A DNA stretch of 64,000 nucleotides, taken from Elsinoe ampelina. Taxonomy: Eukaryota. The translations under genes and the position numbers were made by a program. The stretch covers positions 124,001 to 188,000 of the forward strand of contig ML992502.1 of the NCBI GenBank assembly GCA_010093995.1, read 5' to 3'. The notes below the pieces were generated by a model, which worked only from the letters and a program-made list of their open reading frames with translations, searched no databases and had not been told where the DNA came from. Shown one piece after another: positions 1-13,286 of the stretch; position 1 is the stretch's first letter, and each line of letters opens with the position of its first letter.

Positions 1-499
1 ACGCCCCTAGGCTATTCGGTACTATAACACTAGTTTACGTAATAAGCCTCTAAACTCCTTATATACAAAGGACAAAAAATTTATCTATGTCTATGTATTT
101 AAGAAATCCTTCCACCGTGCCTCTATTATTAGTAAATTGCTATTAGGTTCTTAGGACGGTATAGCACGCGTATAATCGAGTAGCCCGTAAGGATGTTGTT
201 AACGAGTCTATTAATCCTTCTCGTGTGCTTTAACTACGACCTAACCTAGTTTAGGAGCAGTTATAGTTACAGTTATAGTTACGGCGAGGTTGTTGTCTAT
301 ATTAGGCACTTACGCTAGTTGCGCTTATGCCGTGGGAGTAGCTATATAGTGTTTTAGTACTCCGTTCCTATATGCGAACTAAGTAGTACCTTAATATATA
401 GCGATTAAGTATTTGTTATTAGCTTAACGCTCTTCTCTATCTATTTGTGTTAAGACTAAAAAGCCGATAGGACGATTAAGCCTACCTTGTACTAGCTGC

Positions 500-1800
500 T
501 TAGTAGAAGCATTACATGCCGGCGCTATGTTATAGCTATCCCCTTTGTAATTAGGTCCGCCCTTAAGCACGTAACTTCTCTATAGGTCAGTTTAAATTTA
601 GGTAGACCGAACTAAAATAGGAAGGTATCTATGTACCTTTAGCGTGTATCCTCCTTATCTAATAACCCTTCTATAGTAGCAGCGTAAAGGGAGATATTCG
701 ATACTACTACAATAATAGTGAGCCTATTCTTCTCGACACACTCGGTAAAGCTAAGCTTTAGCTAACGAAAAATAAGAGCTTGTCTCTAGCTAATCTACGC
801 GAGGAAGTTATTTTAAATACTTAGTCGGACATAATCGAGTTCTAAGGGTTTAATGTAATAGAACACTACTACTCCCTTAGGTAAGTAGGACTTAATACTA
901 TCTACTTACTTAACTAAGAGCACATAAATTGTCGCTAGGAGGGAGGAGACGAGAAAGAATATCGGTTCCTAGAAGTAATAGCGAGTGCTATCTATTATAG
1001 CTAAGCCCCTATGTTCGACAAAGGCTACTCGGAAGGCTTTATATATTAAAGAACTCCTAAAGCGTTTCCGCTACTATACGTTAGTAGTTAATTAACAAGT
1101 ACATCTATCGCGTACTAGATCGCTATTCTTGCATTAATATATTTATTCCTCTAGTAGCTTACGTGCCTAATTCGGTAGCTCGCTATTCTTTAGCCCTTAT
1201 ATAAGCTATTCGCGCTAGAGCATCTCGCTTACTAATTATGTAATGTTATTACGACTGTAGTAGAGCACCTCTCGGAGCTAGACGTTGTTAGCGAGTAATT
1301 AACTTTAGCAAGTAATATACTTTGCTAGCTATAATTACGAAAGGGTATTTGCCTATTGTCCTCTATAGATAAGCTACTAGTAGCTGCTTATAGATCGAGC
1401 GCTAGTGCCTTGTAATTCGCGTAAGAAGCTATCGATTACTTAACGTTAGTAACATTATATTATAATTCTACCTAATAGCTATACTTACATGTAATTCGTC
1501 TTACACCGCTGCGAAGATGTCGCTATACTTGTTTAGTATGTCCTATAAATGTCGTTTTACTAACCGAACTAGCATAGAGGCTAACGCTAGGCTATTCTTA
1601 TCGGCTTATAGCTCTCTTAATCTTAGATCGAGCGTAGCGATGTCCGATCTATGCCTTCTCCTTTGTCTTTGATATTGTGTTTACGGCCTGCGTAGTTAGC
1701 CTAGCTCTCCTTACTAATAAAGCTATACTCTTCTTCGTCCTAGTCTACCTAACTTGAATTGTCGTCTTTGTAATAATTATCGGCCTTATAGCCTAAGCTA
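500..1800 (-). pseudogene. RIP-degraded unknown gene, possibly DUF6532-like
   Basis: Minus strand reads RKRFRSSLIYKAFRVAFVEHRGLAIIDSTRYYF*EPIFFLVSSLLATIYVLLVK, followed by a GTAAGT donor. This loosely resembles my recollection of the DUF6532 pattern; not verified. Confidence 0.3.
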
Positions 1801-3229
1801 TACTAACGCTAACGTAACTAGGACATTACTTATCCTAATCGTTTTAGTTAAGAGATATATAGGTATAAGAGAGTTTAGTACGACAGGCCCTAACAATATA
1901 TACTATAACGGGAATAGTCGTCTTATGCGAGTTATAGTGACTTAGCGTTAGTTTAAGTTAGATAATAGCTTAGTTTAGTATTTAAAGTACGCAACTTTCT
2001 TCTAATTAAATCTAGTTATACTCGCCTATACCCTACGGAAATTGTAACTAGCAAGAGTATTAAATTAAACTTGTAGCTAGTTCTAACTCGCGGCGTGCTA
2101 ATTATTAGAACCTAAACTAAAAAAGAAAGATACTCGAACTTACTTAGACTAAATGCTTAAACTAAACAAGGCATTCGTAGTTATATTAAGCAACACTAGA
2201 GGTAGAATATCGTAGAGAGAAATTGCAGATTAAACTTATACCGAGCAATTATAAACTAATTCGAGAGACTATAGGCATTAGCCCTTCTATATGTAGATAG
2301 GTAGCACAATTTATACTATAGCTCCCTCACTAATTACGCTAGTAGCTCCCCCTTTACCGAGTAGAATGTCTTCTAAGTGTTAAAAGCACTAATCGCTCTC
2401 TACCTCGTAGTCCGGTGTGTCTAAATAGAGTACGCTAGATAGAGATACTTGTTGTCTACTAATTATGTTACTACGAGGGGCAGGCGTTAATTAGCTATTA
2501 GTAACTATACTTAGTAATAGTAGAGTAGCACTATTAGTGTAGCGCCGTGTACTCTTGTCTAATCTAAATAAGCCTCTAAACTCTCTAGTAAGGTTTATAG
2601 AGGCGACGCTAAACCCCCGAAAAGCTTTACTAATATGCTTCCTAAGTACGAAGTTCTCTTACTATAGTTGTCTAATTACACTAGCGTTTTTCTCTATTAT
2701 TATTCGCAATTGGCCTACCTCCTACTACACAAGTGTAATATCTTCCTCTAAGAGTTGCTATCTATTAAGCTATTTAGGCCACTAAGTCCTATATTGCTTT
2801 TGCTAGCTACTAACGTAATTATGCTCTTCTTCTTACGTGTCTAGCGGAGAGCTTCTAAGCTAAGGCCTAGACTAGTTAGGTAGACTGTCGGAAGACTATA
2901 CTTCTACACCTAAACAAATAAGAGAAGCCTACGTGCTTAATTCTATAGTCTAGATGTTAGCCGCTAAAGAAACAAGGTTGGTATAGTTAATATATATACT
3001 TAGAAGCCTTATATAAGGATACTACTAGACTAAACAAATTAATTGTAGAAAGATAGCTTATACGAATAATTCTATAGGTCGATCTAGTTAGAAGGTAAGG
3101 AAGGATAAAGCGTGCTAGTTAAACTAAATCCTTGGGGTTTAGTAGTAGGTATAGCTTAGTAGGGCTTACCCGCTGCGTTTTAGTTCGACTTAGTCTACTA
3201 CTAGACTATTATACTTTATACTTGTCTCC

Positions 3230-3975
3230 GCTGGATGCTTCTCTTGATCTTGTCGCCTTATTAGAATATATAGGGGCGAACTATGTAATATCTTAGACAA
3301 GATAATAGTCTTAAACTAAATAGCATTCTCTATCGTAGCGAAATGTAGCGTTCTATCGTCCTTCTACCCTATTACATTGCTTTGCCTATTGTATATATAG
3401 TAGTCCGTCATAATCGATATTACTCTTAGCTAATTGAACTTGATATCTATATTCTTTTTAGATATGTTAGCTATAGCTTTGCGACGTATAAGTAGGAGAT
3501 CTCTAATCGAGTAGATAGGGCATATCTCTCTATCCTTACGAACTACTAATAGCATGTCGTCTAATTGATTAGAGAGCAAAGGCGCTTATAATTACAATTA
3601 GCAATCCGAGGATTTAATCGAGGTAGGCGTATTAGTATTGTTCTATGTCTCTCTAGGCTTATATAATCTTAAGTATAACTATACCTACCGACGTCTAAAG
3701 TTCGTGCTTATCTTATAGACAAGAGCACGGAAGGCAGCTTAACTGTCGCTGCTCTCTAATAGCTCTATCGTATGCTAAAACGTGCATCGGATGTTATTAC
3801 TATCTAGTGCTACTAGAAGCACCTCCTTCTCTAGCCTTCTCCTATTAGAAATTGACCTAAATGTTCTTCTAACTATGCCTTTACTTACTATAATATCCTC
3901 TAAGAGACTATATAAGTCTCTATAGCCTTTGTCGTCGAGGGCGAGAGCTTACTTAATAGCTTCGATTAAGCACAT
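3230..3975 (-). pseudogene. RIP-degraded ORF of unknown function
   Basis: From an ATG at 3975: MCLIEAIK*ALALDDKGYRDLYSLLEDIIVSKG...AAFRALVYKISTNFRRR. Protein-like, with stops of RIP type. Confidence 0.45.
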
Positions 3976-4233
3976 TACTAGTTAATAAGAAGTAGATATA
4001 AGTATAGCTAAGGAGGGCAGAGAGGGGAGGGAGAAGTAGTAGTATAGTTAGTAGTTAGGTAGGAGTGTTACTCGAGATAGATTAGCCTTAGAAGTTATAA
4101 GTCTTAGTTTGTAAGAGGTATATACCTAAGTGTTACTTAGTTATAATTAGTTAGCCTAAACTAAAACTTGCAAAATTTTAAAGTTCGATATACCTAACTC
4201 TATCTCTCTATATTTATGTTGTATGCTTGATCT

Positions 4234-5221
4234 GTAGCGATAGAGCTACATCGTATATACAATGCGTAATGACGCCTTAGTTCGTACTCTTCGCCTATAC
4301 CGACCTAATTATAGACGTTAGTGTCACTAGCGTAACCTATGCCCTCCCCTCTATCTAACCTCGACAATAGCTAACTATCTATTAAAGCGACGCCCCTACC
4401 TAGTATACTATAATTATCTATTGTCGTATCTATAATAGCGACGTTAATATTAACTCCTCTCTCGCCGCCGCTACTACCTCTATTAGTATCCTCTATACCG
4501 GTAGCGTAGTGTTAGTAGAATTAAACACCGTCTCCTCCTAGTAGTTATACCTAAGCAAATCTGTTATAGTGTACCTCTCTATTATACTAACTACGCCGCC
4601 GCGCGCCTAAGTATATGTAGGGAGACCTCGATACCTCCTCCCCTCTCGACGTTACTACTGCCCTCTATAGCATCCTCTATACTAATAGCGTAGTGTTAGT
4701 AGAATTAAACACCGTCTCTACCTAGTAGTTATACCTAAGTAAAGCTATGTTAATATACCTCTCTATCTTGCTAACTACGCCGATATAGGCTTCTACGTAC
4801 GTAGGAGATTTCAATAGCTCTCTCTCTTTTGCCGTCTCTACCTTCCTCTATAGCATTCTCTACACTAGCTACGTAGTATTAGTGAAATCTAATACCGTCT
4901 CCGCCTAGTAGCTACGACTAACCAAATCTATTATAGAGCGTCCGCCTACGCTACTAACTACGCTATTAGAGGTTCTAGCATATACGAAGAGAATAGAGAA
5001 GAAGGCGTCTACTAGAGATTATCTGCCTTATAAGATAAGAATGTTTAGGAGAGGTTAGTAGAGTTACAACTAGTGTAACAAAGGGGGAGAGATAGAGGCG
5101 CGTCGTAGGTAAGGCTACGTCTACTACCTCCTACTAGATATAAGCTTATAGTAGAAGGCATCGTAGGCGGAGCTATACTAGCTATGTCCTCCTTCGCTAT
5201 TGCCTTTATAGCGGGCCTAGG
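4234..5221 (+). repeat. Direct repeat R1, copy a (~1 kb), with three internal ~184-bp units
   Basis: Aligns colinearly with 11479-12466, differing mainly by transitions. Internal units start at ~4491, 4675 and 4858 (ctcta..c....agcgtagtgttagtagaattaaacaccgtctc). Confidence 0.9.
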
Positions 5222-6002
5222 TTATTAATAGCGCATTGTTATAACTCCCTAGTGTTAATAATATATTTCTTTCTACGCGGACTATACGCTTATTACTTTA
5301 ATTCGCCTTCTCTAACTAGTAACAAAATCTCCTTATCTACCGTATCTAAGTATAGTATATGTCTCTTTGTTCCTTAGTGTTTGTTTTGTCTATTGTCCGC
5401 TATAAAGATATTTAGATTGTCGCTTTACATAATACTACTCTTTATTAACACATCTGCTAAATGTTCTAGATATATATAACTCTACGTAAAGCGCCGATAT
5501 ACGTAGGAGAGATATATAAGCCTTCGGCATAGCTAACTACGTACCTTTAGTTAGACATATTTTGTTTGCTTACCTAATTTACGCCGTGTAAGATTTGTTA
5601 GTTGTAAACTAACTTAGTTCCTTTTAGTTCTAGCATCGAACTAATACTACTTACTGTTATATGCTATAATTAGCATATACGAAACATAGACTCTATTAAC
5701 TTAGTTTACTTTAGGTCGAGGCCCGAACTAGTTTTTAGTTACAAATTCAACTACCTACTTTAGTATATTATATTAAATATAACCTTTACCTAATTAAAGA
5801 ACTTGTTATTTACTTTCTACTTAGCATTTTAAATCTATATCGGATAATAGGTATGTATTATTACCGCCGATTACTCTATAGCGCTTACCTTACTATCCTT
5901 AGCTCCTAGCTATATAATCTCGACCTCTCTAAGTTTACCTATTCTACATAGCGTCTCTACTAGTTAATATTCTTATAAACATTAAATACATATATTAGTA
6001 CT

Positions 6003-7250
6003 ATGCCGAAAACGAAGAAGTTAACCGATACGCCCGGACCTATAGAAAAGATTCTACTTAACAAACTTACTCTAGCTATTGTTAAGAATGTGCTTATAGA
6101 GAACAATGTTAGTAAGAAATCCCTCTAATTCTTCTTTAAATAGGACAACTAGGAGTACTAGACTACGTTCGCGAGGATAAAGGAAATAATCTTAAAAGTC
6201 TTTACCGATTATAGTATTAAAATCGAGAAATAAGACAGAAGAAGTTTACGCAATAAAAATATACTTAATACACGCCTTAAAGTTAAGACTAACCTACTAG
6301 GTGGTATAGCATAGGATATAAAGCTCTTTATTAACTAACTAGATCGGAAAGATCTAGACTAGTTTATAGAGAACTTACGAACTATAAGTAGTATTGACAA
6401 GATAAAGGCTATATAGCAATTACTCCGAAATGTTATACAATTAATAAGGTTAGGTATTCTACTGTCGCTTAAAAGGGAGAGGATAACCTTACTAGGCAGA
6501 GGAGGCACCTAGAGTCTATATCCTTTAGCTACCTCGTCTACGTAAATACTAATACTCTCTAAAGTAAGAATACTGTCCTTAGAGAGATACACCGCTTATG
6601 TAAAGACAGGCGATAGGAGATTAGACTTACATACATAGTCTTATTATAGGGTCTTAAGCTTTAACTAGGCGTTAGTGTCTAATCATGTCCGGATCGATAT
6701 TAAATTTGCTATAATTTAGATTATAGAGGTTATCGAAACGGAATCTATCTCGTACCTAACATCGAGAAAGAATATTTACATCTACAACTTAAGGTTGCCT
6801 AGTCCTAGCAAGAACAATAATTATTGCATTATATACTTTATAAGTATACTTAGGTAGATCCTTAATCTTAAAGGTGATTTTCTCCGCCTCTACTAGATCG
6901 ATCCGTATAACTCTATATAGGTCTTCGCTATTGAAGACTCTTTCGATCTAGACGCCGCTATTACTAAGTATGTTATAGCTCTTGTCCCTAGTACCTACGA
7001 GATCTTTCTCTATCTTACCTCTTCTACAGCATTTATTAAAGACCTTCCTAACTTTATACGAAGTAAGTTAACCCCTTTACTATTCGTCTATATATACTAA
7101 CACTTATAGACAACTCTTATTAATATTGTAGTAGTTAGCAAGCACCTCCTATTGTCGAGACTAGTATAGAAGAGAACTTAGAAGTGCTTACTACTCCTAA
7201 GAAGCTTTGCTTCGTAGACATTAGCACGGAAAAAGAGTATAAAGGAGATT
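6003..7250 (+). pseudogene. RIP-degraded unknown ORF X, copy 1
   Basis: MPKTKKLTDTPGPIEKILLNKL...LY*IDPYNSI*VFAIEDSFDLDAAITKYVIALVPSTYEIFLYLTSSTAFIKDLP. Similar at protein level to 13287-14600. Confidence 0.6.
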
Positions 7251-10200
7251 AGCATAGAGAGAAACATAGAGAGAACATCGAGATGCTAGATATATAATAT
7301 ATATAATAGCGACAAAAACGCTAAAGGTAAGAGTAGTAATGTTATTATGTTTTATTTACTATTATATTATTCATAAAACAGTTTAGTTCTTAACTAATAA
7401 AGTTCTCTTAGTTTATTCTGCCCCTAAGGGACTACGGCCCCTATAAAGCCTATAATATCCCTATTGTCGTTATCGGAGGTAAATTTGCTTAATAGTTCTC
7501 CGACTATAGTTCGATAAATCTTAATCAACCTAGTAACTTAGTCTAGGATAGAGTCTTAGTTTACACAGCTTAAGAGAATATAGTCCCTACTTTCTCGCTA
7601 TAAGAACATAGCTAGTTTAGAACATAGCGTCGGCTACTAAGGTATTACTTATACTTATACTACTTTTACAACTTTAAGGATACCTTAGAAGCTATTGTAC
7701 ACCTATAGTCGGCTATTGATCTAGACGAACATAATCTCTCGGAGCTCTCTAATATCTCTCCTAGCTTCTACTTCTAAACTAGTAACTTCCTATATCCTGT
7801 TAGGCATACTATAATATAAGCGAGTAGAGAGAGCAAATTCGAGAATATTATACTATAGGGCACTAACTACTACAACATCAATATCGAGGAGGAGATTATC
7901 TCCTTTATATTATCGACAAGAGAGACCGAGTAATATTATAGTACTTTTAATAGATAAGGGCATTTAATAATAAGTAGGATAAGTTAGTAGGATAGGATCT
8001 CTTTCCCTAGTAATACTAGGAGCAATTATATAAGACTTAGTCCATGCTAAACTTAGCGTTAACTAAATTAAATAACAATAGTATAGTACTGTTAAGGAGC
8101 GCCGAGGCGTTACTACTAATATTATTAATATTTTACACTCTCGAGTGCTAGCGAGATTTATACATAGCATACTCGGAAATTAATTATAGTATAGAGTCCT
8201 TGTCGACTATTATTAGTGCTAGCTACTACCTCCTAACAAATAGCAGAGTTGCTTTAGGTTAGGCCGCGCCTCCTCTACTAACTACAAACTTAACTTAGTT
8301 CGATTAGCCTTAAGCTAGGGATAGATTTATTCTATATTAGGCCGAATAAGTCCTCCGGAGAAACACCCTAACGCTCTACTATCTTATGCCCCTCCCTGTT
8401 AGGCAATCGCTACTCGGCATTAGTATAGCTTTACTAACCACATACGTAGAAATAGTATTAAGCTTAACATTCGGTATAAGGTTAATTAGCCTAAGGGAAT
8501 AGATATAAACGCCTACTAGTTAACGACGGCAGCTTCGACATAGTAGAAGCTATTCTCTAGCTATAGACGGTAAAGACGTACCTATCGGAGGAAATAAGAG
8601 AGAATAAACTAGACACGATTTAACTTGAGATTACTATATAATATAACAAGAGGTAGCTCTCTATATATGCGATAGTAATATAAGGATAGCTAGAGCCTAT
8701 TAGGGCTCCCTTTTCGTAAACGGGATAGCCGCTTTCTACTTCTAGTTTAAAATCTTCGCTTTAGTCCCTATATAGGTAGCTAGACTTTTAAACATTTCTC
8801 TCGCGATGTAATTTAACCTAATTACGAAACATCTAGTAGCTACGCCTACTTCCGAGGCTTATTAGGTACAAGATATTTCTAACTCTAACTCTAAAGTTTT
8901 AATTAAGAACAAACATCTTATTTCTTTAGTAGTACTATAGACATAAATCGCTCCGCGTATAAGAGCAGGTATATAAACTATAGTTATAGAGACGTAGCAT
9001 AAGAAAGAGTAGTCCGAGGATGTAATCTGTTTAGAGAGCAAAAAGAATTTAGTAGTACAAATGCTAGATGTTGTTACAAGCTTACTTCCTTTACCTATTT
9101 ACCCCGCTAGTGTAGAAGGAACTATATAATCTACTAACATTATAGAAGAGCTTAGGAACTTTAACAATTGCTCTATAGACTCTCTTCGAAATATACCTAG
9201 GGTAGAAGCAATAAATAAGCATATATACTAGTACTATACTAGCTTAGGAATATAGGTCCTTTGTGTTATTATTCCTAAGATTATAGAATAGAACATCTGC
9301 GAGTTAAAGACTATAAAGTAGCGAATTATCGTCTATATACGTACGACTATAGTGCTAGTAGTAGCTACAATAGTTAGTTCGACCTATGTAGTTCAGTTCG
9401 GTTATTACTAACTAGAGTAAAGTATTAGGGATGCCTCGAGAGACTTCTAAGAAGCTAAGTAATTAGGATTAATAAGGGCGCTAAAGTCGTTATAGTTTAC
9501 TATAGAAAGACACTAACAGAGAAACGCCTAGACATTATTAAAGTAGCTATATCTAACTAATTTTACTTCGAGGAGGTTATACTAGTTAGTTTGCAACTTT
9601 AGATTGCGCTTAGTCCGGTAATACAAATAGAGTAATAGTACTCTTGCCTTAATACTATAATCTTGCTCGATAGGGATTTAGTTTATAGATCTATTCGTTA
9701 GGCCTTTAACAGTCGGTAGAGAATACAATATCTACCTACGTAGATGCGAAAGATATATTTATACTTAAACTAACTACTCTATCCTCGTAGTTGAAGAAGT
9801 AGCTTAATAGTACCTACGGTACACTAACGATAATATAGAATATTATATATAATAATATAGCAAAGTAGACAATTGAACTAAGCATAGTTATTTAAACTAA
9901 AAAGTAAATCACCGAAGGTTATTTTATTAGTTTACTCTTGTTAAATATAGTTACGGGAAACCCGGTACTACTTTTCACCTAAAATTTAAAGTTTTAGTTT
10001 AGCGAACTAATCGCCTACCCCTAAAAGGCATAAACTACCTAACGTTACGCAGCCGAAATAGGTTTACCTACCCCCTTTACTCTCTATTAGTGGAGGCTAT
10101 TTATAACCGACTTAATATACTACCGGCGACAAGTCGAGACATAATATAGTAAGAACTATAAATTATTTACTAGCTAGAATAATAGGGCCTACGTAGCACC

Positions 10201-10380
10201 TCTACTCTATAATTGCTATAATAGTCTCGGCTAAGCATAATAGCGCGACAATAGCTAATTAAACATATTAGCTAATATTGTCATTAGCGGAGAGCTAGTC
10301 GATAATCTCTATTATATAGATACACTAGAGTAAACTCTATCGTAATAGGTCTAGTACTATAGTAAGGACATAATTTTAGC

Positions 10381-10885
10381 TATAATCCGTTAACGCTATC
10401 CGATAACTTAGTTCGTTTAGCTCTACTACAAACTACAAGGACTAAGAATCGAACTAAGTAATAAGGTAGAGACAATAGTCTATAGTTAGCGCGGGGTGTC
10501 CTCCCCCCTTCGCCTACTATATAGTATAACACACCGGACAATCCCCTTAGTCTCTTTACTAACCTTAACTATTATCCTCTAGCACGTAGAGTAGATAGCG
10601 ATAGTAGTAGTAGGCTTAACTACGTCGCGCACGAGGAAGAGAAAGGCACAGAAGAGGTTATAAGAGAAGGTATATACAAGGAAGAGCAAGTAATTACAGT
10701 AAGTATAACTAGTAGTATATCTACGGGGCGGAGTGCTAGGAGATTATCCTCGTCTAGTAGGGCTACATTCGATTATACCACGTTTAAGATAGCTACTAGT
10801 ATACTAGCTAGTAGCGAAGAGTTAGTAATAGATAGTTTATACTCAGTTTGCGTAGACTAATATTGTCTAGGTCTCCTACGTATAA
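10381..10885 (+). repeat. Direct repeat R2, copy a (~0.5 kb); matches the 5' part of the Plavaka ORF region
   Basis: Colinear with 17727-18237 (e.g. actacaaggactaagaa..gaactaa...aaggtagagacaatagtctatagttagc). Confidence 0.9.
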
Positions 10886-11478
10886 GACACATTCTCTAGC
10901 CCGAGTAATCGACAAGATATAGCTTTTAGCTAGGTACTTTAATCTCGGTTCGACGCTCTAACGTCTAATAAATAGTAAGCCACTAAACGCATAAATCACA
11001 CTCGAGGGGGTCGTTATAGTATAGGAACTTCTAGTAGGATACACTTATAGCGAACTACTAGCCCTATATATAGCGCTTTAACTACGATACTACTACCTAA
11101 GGGTGCTAAAGATATATTTAAATTGCACGTGCAAAGTATGTAGTGGTCTAAATAACTACAAAACATGGCTTGCTAGTAGGAATCTTAGTCGGCTAGAATT
11201 TAGCAGGGCTAATTGTTGCTTTACTCTCTCTAGCTTGTTATATTTAGCAGCGGTAAGTGTCGGCCAGCAGAGAGAGCTAGTAGTTTATCACGTCGAACTA
11301 ACAAGTTGTTAGTCTACTCTTTCGAAGTTTAAGAATGACCTAAATTTCAGCTACGGGCGACTAAGCAAACCGAAGTACACTTACGAAATGCCGTCCGGTT
11401 TTAGTCCTCTCTAAAGTGTCTTCTCGTTTAGAGACTAGTAATCTCTATAGCATTATAAACGCGTTATATACCGTGTAC

Positions 11479-12466
11479 GTAGCGATATAGTTTTATTATA
11501 GATACGACTCGTAATAACGCCTTAGTTCGCCCCCTTTGCCTGTACTAACCTAAACGTAGGCGTTAGTATTACTAGCGTAACCTCCGCTCTCCTCTCTATC
11601 TAAGCTCGACAATAGCTAGCTAGCTATTATAGCAACGCCCCCGCCTAGTGCACTATAATTATTCGTTGTTGTATCTACAATAATAACTTAAATATTGACT
11701 TCTCTCTCGCTGCTACTACTACCTCTATTAGCATTCTCTATACTAGTAGCGTAGTATTAGTAGAATTAAATAACGTCTCTACCTTATAGTTACACCTAAG
11801 CAAATCTGTTCTAGTGTACCTCTCTATTATGCCGACTACGCCGCTACGGACCTAAGCGTACATAGGGAGACCTTAATACCTTCTTCCCTCTCGACGTTAC
11901 TACCGCCCCCTACTATATCCTCTACACTAGTAGCGTAGTGTTAGTAGAATTAAACAACATCTCTACCTAGTAGTTATACCTAAGTAAAGCTATGTCAATA
12001 TACCTCTCTATCTTACTAACTACGCCGATATAGGCTTCTACGTACGTAGGAGATTTCGATAGCTCTCTCCCTTTTACTGTCTCTACCTTCCTCTATAGCA
12101 TTCTCTACACCGGCCGCGTAGTATCGGTAGAATCTAATACTATCTCTACCTAGTAGCCACGACTAAACAAATCTATCGTAGAGCGCTCTCCTACGCTACT
12201 AACTACGCCGTTAGAGGTTCTAGCGTATATAAAGAGAATAGAGAAGGAGGTGTCTACTAGGGAGTGCCTGCCTTATAAGACAAGAATGTTTAGGACAGGA
12301 TAGTAGAGTTACAACCGGTGTAATAAAGGGGGAAATATAGAAGTATATCGTAGGTAAGGGTACGCCTGCTACCTCCTTCGAGCTATAAGCTTATAGTAGA
12401 AGGCATCTTAGGTAAAGCTATACCTATAGCGTCCTTCTTTACCGTTGCCTCTATAGTAGAGCTAGG
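11479..12466 (+). repeat. Direct repeat R1, copy b
   Basis: Colinear match to 4234-5221, including the three internal units. Confidence 0.9.
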
Positions 12467-13286
12467 CAAGGAATAAAGCGCATATATAATTTTGTAGAAT
12501 ATACTATTAATTGCTTATTACGCGGAATGTATAGCTATTGCTCTACTCTACCCCTTAGCTCCGTATATAGCAATTGTAAAGTTTAGACAATTAGATAGTA
12601 GTATATAACTTTCTTTGTTTCTTTGCTAGCGTCTATAAGCTATGCTATGTCCCTTATTCCGCTATATGCTGTCTAATTACATTCTATTTATACCTCGTAT
12701 ACGAATTTAGTTCCGCTACTAAAATATAGTTTAATCTATTTACGTTAAGTGCCTAATAATAATAGTAGTATCCTCGGTTTATACATTATATAAAACAAAA
12801 GGTAACTAAGTGCACGGACTATAGTTACTATTAGTTTAGTGTCTAAACTAAGTTATCTACTATTACGTGTATACTATATCTAGTACACTACCTACGTACT
12901 TAGTTCGGAGCCCGACCTAAATCGACTAAATTTAGGTTACTACTCTTCTTACTTGTCGCTATTATTTATCTTTATTTACTCTCTCTTAGCTATAAACAAG
13001 TAACTTATGTAGTTCTTTAGCACTTCTTTAACCTCTTTAACCTCTATTTTAAGTGCTCTTAAATAGGATATTTCTTCTTTTAGTTAAGTCTTAGTTAGAC
13101 ATATATTACGAAGTGTATAGACCTACTATATTAACAAATTCTCTTCTTAATTCTTCTAAACTTATAAATACGCTATACCTTCGCAAGATCTCTTACTTAA
13201 CATCTATTATACCTACTTAATCTATTTACTAGACATTATTTAAAGTCTTATTTATAGCACATACTAAGCTTATAAACGTACGTAAT

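Noticed and set aside
4491..5040. CRISPR-like array
   Set aside because: Eukaryotic context, the whole ~184-bp unit is repeated without unique spacers, and there are no cas genes.
7300..10380. Additional relic frames in the module 1 interior
   Set aside because: Protein-like stretches exist on both strands, but I could not fix strand, boundaries or family.
4234..12466. R1 copies as LTRs of a retrotransposon
   Set aside because: Spacing would fit, but I found no gag/RT/RNase H/integrase motifs between them. Each copy is followed by a paralogous ORF X, which fits tandem modules better.
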